A stretch of DNA of 64,000 nucleotides, from the NCBI GenBank assembly GCA_017554185.1, contig JAFZIU010000106.1, positions 4,338 through 68,337 on the forward strand, written 5' to 3'. The DNA comes from Spirochaetia bacterium (GTDB taxonomy: Bacteria > Spirochaetota > Spirochaetia > CADAEX01). The notes under the pieces are model-generated. The model was not told the origin of the DNA. It saw nothing but the letters and a program-made list of their open reading frames with translations, and searched no databases. Below, in pieces: positions 59,235-64,000 of this stretch; within the stretch, counting starts at the first letter, position 1, and each line of letters starts with the position of its first letter. The translations under genes were made by a program, and so were the position numbers.

Positions 59235-60583
59235 AGATAAACGATGAAAATATAGAGTGTGCAGATGCCCATTGCCAGGATCGAGGCAGGGGCAAGCCAC
59301 TTGCAGTACCGTCCCCAGCTTACCGGATGACCAGATTTTGCACATATTGATGTCCCCACCACATTTGCCGATGCTCCGATAGGGGTGGCGCATCCGCCTA
59401 CGTCGGTACCCATTGAAAGAGTCCATGCCAGGGTGTGCATGCTGACCCCGGTGGTGGCTGCCAGGGATTCTATTATAGGTATCATGGTGGCAGTGAAAGG
59501 GATGTTGTCCACAAATGCACTGGCAATGCCCGATACCCACATTACAATGCCGATCATCAGGTAAGGGTTGCCGCCGCTTATTGCCTTGATTCCCCTGGCT
59601 GCTATTCCCAGTACGCCGGTAAGCTCAAGACCGCTTATAACCACGAAAAGCCCTGTGAAGAACAGCAGGGTCTTGTAGTCTACCCGCTTTAAAATAAAGA
59701 AAATATATCTTGGGGCAGCCAGGAAAGTTATGACTGACATGATCACCCCGATGGTTGGCACGGTGAGCCCGGTCTGAGCATGGGTCACTAAAAGCACTAC
59801 GGCACATATGAATGTGATTATGCTGAGCACAAACTCTCTGAACGAGGTCAGGACTGCCACAGGACGTGGGAACTTTCTCGGGTCTATAGATGAGGTCCTG
59901 ACATTAAGCTCCTTGCGGAATGCAAAATAGAAGAATACAACAGCTGCTATAAGCGACAGCAGGGCCATGGTTCCTGTGTTGCGCAGGAAGTCCCCGAATG
60001 TGTAGCCCAGAGAAGTTCCAATTATGATGTTAGGAGGATCTCCGCACATGGTAGCACTCCCTCCGATGCTGGCGCAGAAAATCTCAGGCAGGATCATGGG
60101 GATGGGGTTGAATCCAAGACGGTTGGCCAGTTCTACAGTAATGGCCGCCAGAAACAATATTACAGTTATACTGTCTATGAACATGGAAAGGATAGCCGAC
60201 AGAAGCATGAAGGAGATGAAAATGGGAATGACTCTGTAGTGCACTATCTTTGCAATCCACATGCATAGCCAGGTGAAGAAGCCGGTGCGTGCCATGCCCT
60301 CGACCATAATCATCATTCCCGCGATGAATATGATAGTGGCCCAGTTTACGCCGCTGTTTATGGATGCCTCTACATTCTTTGCATACCAGAAGCTTGTGGC
60401 TGTCATTGAATTAAGGCTTAGTGAAGTCCATACTGCATCCATGCTGTGCATGCAGATGCCGAATACAATGATCAGGGTTGCTGCCGCCCCGGTCAGGGTA
60501 ATATAATGACGCTCAAACTTTTCGCTTATTATAAATGCGAACATGATGACAAAAATTAAGACAGCCAATATTTGTGCCAACAT
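59231..60583 (-). CDS. ArsB/NhaD-superfamily anion/citrate-type permease
   Basis: 450 aa, ~12 TM, duplicated-halves topology typical of ArsB/NhaD/CitMHS permeases. Confidence 0.55.
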   Translation of the reverse strand: MLAQILAVLIFVIMFAFIISEKFERHYITLTGAAATLIIVFGICMHSMDAVWTSLSLNSMTATSFWYAKNVEASINSGVNWATIIFIAGMMIMVEGMARTGFFTWLCMWIAKIVHYRVIPIFISFMLLSAILSMFIDSITVILFLAAITVELANRLGFNPIPMILPEIFCASIGGSATMCGDPPNIIIGTSLGYTFGDFLRNTGTMALLSLIAAVVFFYFAFRKELNVRTSSIDPRKFPRPVAVLTSFREFVLSIITFICAVVLLVTHAQTGLTVPTIGVIMSVITFLAAPRYIFFILKRVDYKTLLFFTGLFVVISGLELTGVLGIAARGIKAISGGNPYLMIGIVMWVSGIASAFVDNIPFTATMIPIIESLAATTGVSMHTLAWTLSMGTDVGGCATPIGASANVVGTSICAKSGHPVSWGRYCKWLAPASILAMGICTLYIFIVYL

Positions 60584-60652
60584 GTTATGAATATTAAAAC
60601 TTTAATAATTTTTATTCAAGCAACTGCTGCCTGACATATATTTTTTTAATAT

Positions 60653-61198
60653 TTAGCTCCTGAAGTTGACGAATGGAGGATATGCTTTCTTCACGGCGGA
60701 GTAGAGGAGGTATCCACCGATTATTCCTGCCAGGTTCTGGACTATGTTTCCCGGAATCTCAACCACAGCAGCTCCTGCTCCAGCCATAATGCTTCCGACT
60801 GCGAAGTATCCGCCTGCCATGATTACAGTTCCCACTGCAAACACAATGATTCCGGAGAGTATCACAGAGAAATTGTTTTCCTTCTTAAGCAATATCTTGA
60901 ATATAAGGCCTACTGCAAGGCCCTGAAGACCGTGGATGATGAAGGAGAAAGGTGCCCACTGGGAGAATCCGCTGAGGATATCGGCAATAGCAGTACCAAG
61001 ACCACCAGCTATGAATGCAGTTACAGGACCGAAGGAGAGGGCTGTGAAGTAGATTGCCAGGTCGCCAAGGTTTATATAGCCACGGGTTGGGGCTACCGGT
61101 ATTCGCACTGCAATGGTCATGACCACAGTGACAGCTGTCAGGATTGCTGCTGATGCTATTTTAAAAGATGTAGATTTAACGCTTGAAACTGTTTTCAT
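60653..61198 (-). CDS. ECF transporter S component (solitary), paralog of 37197-37784
   Basis: Start at ATG 61198 (MKTVSSVKS...) with GGAGGG RBS; 6 TM; shares FGPVTAFIAGGLGTAIADILSG block with the operon-encoded S component. Confidence 0.55.
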   Translation of the reverse strand: MKTVSSVKSTSFKIASAAILTAVTVVMTIAVRIPVAPTRGYINLGDLAIYFTALSFGPVTAFIAGGLGTAIADILSGFSQWAPFSFIIHGLQGLAVGLIFKILLKKENNFSVILSGIIVFAVGTVIMAGGYFAVGSIMAGAGAAVVEIPGNIVQNLAGIIGGYLLYSAVKKAYPPFVNFRS

Positions 61199-61341
61199 TT
61201 TGTCCCTCCAGAGTATTACCAACCAAATTGGTAGGCAAGTCAAAAATATATCGAAACAAACTATTTATGTCAAGCGCAAATTTTTTGTTATATTTTTTAA
61301 TGTTACTTGAAACACAATATAGCTCTGATATAAAATAAACC

Positions 61342-62763
61342 GTGATAACCAAAAACATCTTTTCAAACATCTGCCCATTGGACCACAGGTACTACCTTGC
61401 CAACCGCGCCGTATTCGACGAACTGGCAAAATACCTGTCCGAAGAGGCTGTAATCAGGTACTCTGCTCTGGCAGAGGCCGCACTGGTAAAGACACATGTA
61501 TATCTTAACATGGAACACCCTGAGCAGTACTATGCTGCAGTGGATGAGGCAATAGCTAAGGTCCAGCCCGACGAGGTTTATGCCGAAGAGGAGAAGACCC
61601 AGCACAACATCCGGGCTCTGGTGAACGTGATCAAGCGTTACATTCCCAGAGAGCTGAGCCCGTATGTCCACCTGGGGGCCACCTCGGTGGATATAATGGA
61701 TACTTCTGCTGCAATGCGCATCAGGGATGCGGTGCAGAAGGTTATTCTGCCTCTCCTCATCGAGGTGGAGGATCTTCTGATAAAGATCGCAGCCGAACAG
61801 GCTGCCACCCCCCAGGTGGGCCGCACCCATGGCCAGCATGCCGTTCCTATAACACTGGGCTTTGCCTTTGCCGAGTATGTATCCCGCCTGGGCAAATCCA
61901 TAATCGAGATAGAGAAGCGCTCCCATAACCTCCGCGGCAAGCTGGCCGGGGCTGTAGGTGCATACAACTCCACCAGCCTTATGGTCAAGGATCCCGAGGC
62001 TATGGAGAAAAAGTACCTTGAGTTCCTGGGACTTGAGCCCTCGGAGCACTCCACTCAGCTGGTGGAGCCTGAGTACCAGCTGCGGCTGCTACTGGAGATC
62101 AACACAGCCTTCGGCGTCATAGCCAATCTGGCTGACGACATGCGTAACCTGCAGCGTTCCGAAATCTCCGAGATCAGGGAGATGTTCACCTCCACACAGG
62201 TGGGCTCTTCCACCATGCCGCAGAAACGCAACCCATGGAACAGCGAGCACGTCAAAAGCCAGTGGAAGGCCTTTGCTCCGCGCATCATGACCTTCTTCAT
62301 GGACCAGATATCAGACCATCAGCGGGACCTGACAAATTCTGCATCACAGCGCTTTATCACCGACTATCTGGCAGGCTTCTCTGCAGCAGTTAACCGGCTT
62401 AAGAAAGTGCTCTCATCCCTCCATGTGGACAAAGAGCGGCTTATGAAGAACCTCTCCTTCACTGGAGACTTGGTCCTGGCCGAGGCTGCCTACATCCTTC
62501 TTTCCTGCGGCGGAGAGCCCGATGCCCACGAGATTATCCGCAAGATAACCCTTGAGAGCGAGAAGACAGGGGAGAGGATGTGCGCAATCCTCAAGAAAAA
62601 CGATAAAATCTGGAACACAATAAAAACTCAGATGGAGAGGACAATCGGCATAGAGCCCGAGGAGTTCTTCAGCCATCCGGAGCTATACCGCGGCCTTGCA
62701 TCCCAAAAGGCTGCAAAGCTTGCAGCTAAGTATAAAGCAGAGATGGAGAAGCTTAAGAAATGA
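61342..62763 (+). CDS. purB: adenylosuccinate lyase
   Basis: 473 aa; fumarate-lyase superfamily signature region TSTQVGSSTMPQKRNP. Confidence 0.9.
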   Translation: MITKNIFSNICPLDHRYYLANRAVFDELAKYLSEEAVIRYSALAEAALVKTHVYLNMEHPEQYYAAVDEAIAKVQPDEVYAEEEKTQHNIRALVNVIKRYIPRELSPYVHLGATSVDIMDTSAAMRIRDAVQKVILPLLIEVEDLLIKIAAEQAATPQVGRTHGQHAVPITLGFAFAEYVSRLGKSIIEIEKRSHNLRGKLAGAVGAYNSTSLMVKDPEAMEKKYLEFLGLEPSEHSTQLVEPEYQLRLLLEINTAFGVIANLADDMRNLQRSEISEIREMFTSTQVGSSTMPQKRNPWNSEHVKSQWKAFAPRIMTFFMDQISDHQRDLTNSASQRFITDYLAGFSAAVNRLKKVLSSLHVDKERLMKNLSFTGDLVLAEAAYILLSCGGEPDAHEIIRKITLESEKTGERMCAILKKNDKIWNTIKTQMERTIGIEPEEFFSHPELYRGLASQKAAKLAAKYKAEMEKLKK

Positions 62764-63986
62764 ATATTGTAGTTATCGGCGCCCAGTGGGGCGATGAGGG
62801 AAAAGGAAAAATCGTAGACTACCTTGCAGGTGATGCATCTGTTGTAACCCGGTTCTCCGGCGGTGCTAACGCAGGACACACAATTGTAAATGGCGGCGTC
62901 ACCTATAAACTGCACCTGGTTCCATCGGGCATTGTATATCCGGGAAAGACTGTAATCCTGGGAACCGGCATGGTCATCGATGTGGAATCCCTCTTTGCAG
63001 AGCTGAAGACTCTGGAGGAGCAGGGAATAGCATGGAAAGGACGTGTCCTTATCTCTGAGCGTGCCCATCTTGTGTTCCCGACCTACAAGGCTATGGACCT
63101 GGAGATGGAGAAAAAGCGCCGGAACCCTATAGGCACCACAGGCCGTGGAATCGGCATAGCCTATGCACAGAAGGCAGATAGGGACGGAGTGCGCTGCTGC
63201 GACCTTTTCAACCCCGATGTATACAAGACTCTTAAGGATGAGGAAAAAGCCTTCATCGAGCCTTACATGAGCCGCATAAAGGAGATGATTGTTGATCCTG
63301 TATCCTACATGGCAGAGCGCAAGGATGCAAACAAGCTCTTCGAGGGAGCACAGGGAGCGCTTCTGGACATCGATACCGGAACCTATCCTTATGTTTCATC
63401 CGGCTACTCAATTGCATCCGGAGCATGTGCAGGCGGCGGAATCGGTGCATTGGACATTGATGCTGTCTACGGAGTATTCAAGGCATACAACACAAGGGTG
63501 GGCAACGGACCGTTCCCAACTGAATTCGACCATAATGCAGAAGGGGAGCTTGAGAACAAGGTGCGTGTTACAGGCCGGGAATTCGGTGTAACAACAGGAC
63601 GGCCCAGACGCTGCGGCTACCTAGACCTGGTGGCCCTTAAATACGCATGCCGCGCCAACTCCATAAGCGATCTGGTGCTTACCCACCTGGATATCTACGA
63701 CGATATGGAAGAGATCAAGGTGTGCACCGCCTATGAATATGAGGGAAAGAAGATCACCGACTTCCCGGCACGTGTGGATATTCTCGAGAAGGCAAAGCCT
63801 CTCTACCAGACCTTCAAGGGGTGGAAAAAGAATATCTCCGGCACCAAGAAGTATGAGGATCTGCCTCAGAAGGCATGGGAATATGTGGAGTTCATCGAGA
63901 AGTATACAGAGACTCCGATAACCATCATCTCGGTCGGCTACGAAAGGGATGACACCATGATCAGAAAACCGGTATGGACAAAATAA
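62760..63986 (+). CDS. purA: adenylosuccinate synthetase
   Basis: N-terminal P-loop GAQWGDEGKGKIVD, GAN..HT, TTGRGIG motifs; 4-nt overlap with purB. Confidence 0.95.
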   Translation: MNIVVIGAQWGDEGKGKIVDYLAGDASVVTRFSGGANAGHTIVNGGVTYKLHLVPSGIVYPGKTVILGTGMVIDVESLFAELKTLEEQGIAWKGRVLISERAHLVFPTYKAMDLEMEKKRRNPIGTTGRGIGIAYAQKADRDGVRCCDLFNPDVYKTLKDEEKAFIEPYMSRIKEMIVDPVSYMAERKDANKLFEGAQGALLDIDTGTYPYVSSGYSIASGACAGGGIGALDIDAVYGVFKAYNTRVGNGPFPTEFDHNAEGELENKVRVTGREFGVTTGRPRRCGYLDLVALKYACRANSISDLVLTHLDIYDDMEEIKVCTAYEYEGKKITDFPARVDILEKAKPLYQTFKGWKKNISGTKKYEDLPQKAWEYVEFIEKYTETPITIISVGYERDDTMIRKPVWTK

Positions 63987-64000
63987 TAGTACTGGATTTC

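Noticed and set aside
52650-59300. Possible integrative island at tRNA-Phe
   Set aside because: No integrase, excisionase, transposase or duplicated tRNA 3' segment was found by eye; retained only as a low-confidence observation.
60653-61341. TPP or other vitamin riboswitch upstream of the solitary S-component gene
   Set aside because: Leader is only ~25-30 nt between the -10 and the RBS; no CUGAGA/ACCUGA TPP motifs or other riboswitch cores visible.

Overview
The window is a 64 kb chromosomal segment of about 50% GC with dense, mostly co-directional housekeeping operons. From the start it runs: partial cysE, an outer-membrane beta-barrel protein, an HD-domain dGTPase-like protein, a nitroreductase, a GNAT acetyltransferase, a GH3 NagZ-like hexosaminidase, trxB, clpB, a MATE exporter and an M6-type metallopeptidase. 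Next come mnmE-mnmG-rsmG and nudC, a complete Na+-pumping methylmalonyl-CoA decarboxylase cluster (mmdA-mmdD-mmdC-mmdB), a HAD hydrolase, grpE-dnaK-dnaJ, xseA-xseB, the membrane pyrophosphatase hppA and a divergent LysR / flavodoxin-like pair. An ECF-transporter operon follows that carries an Apt-like phosphoribosyltransferase and a creatininase-family amidohydrolase. Downstream of it a T-box leader precedes an adenylate-forming ligase and folP-cdaA-ybbR-truA-udg-priA. The rest holds a HEAT-repeat protein and a YD-repeat lipoprotein, zapA and a zapB-like gene fused to rplT-rpmI-infC, a cell-wall amidase with a GerMN protein, and tRNA-Phe. After the tRNA lies a lipoprotein- and outer-membrane-protein-rich stretch with a BNR lipoprotein, a HAMP-PP2C phosphatase and an FGE-sulfatase-domain lipoprotein, then an ArsB/NhaD permease, a second ECF S-component and purB-purA. 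No transposase, integrase or CRISPR array was seen. The lineage is probably an anaerobe with an outer membrane and many lipoproteins; a Treponema-like spirochaete is plausible but unproven. The most notable non-coding signals are (i) a near-canonical T-box riboswitch with AGAGA, GNUGNA, AGUA, F-box and T-box elements plus a terminator, placed in front of an ANL-family ligase rather than an aminoacyl-tRNA synthetase, and (ii) a G9 homopolymer filling the 17-bp spacer of a sigma70-like promoter, a classic slipped-strand phase-variation switch. The most notable candidate for an undescribed system is the ECF importer + PRTase + creatininase-family hydrolase operon, which looks like a heterocyclic-base salvage route.
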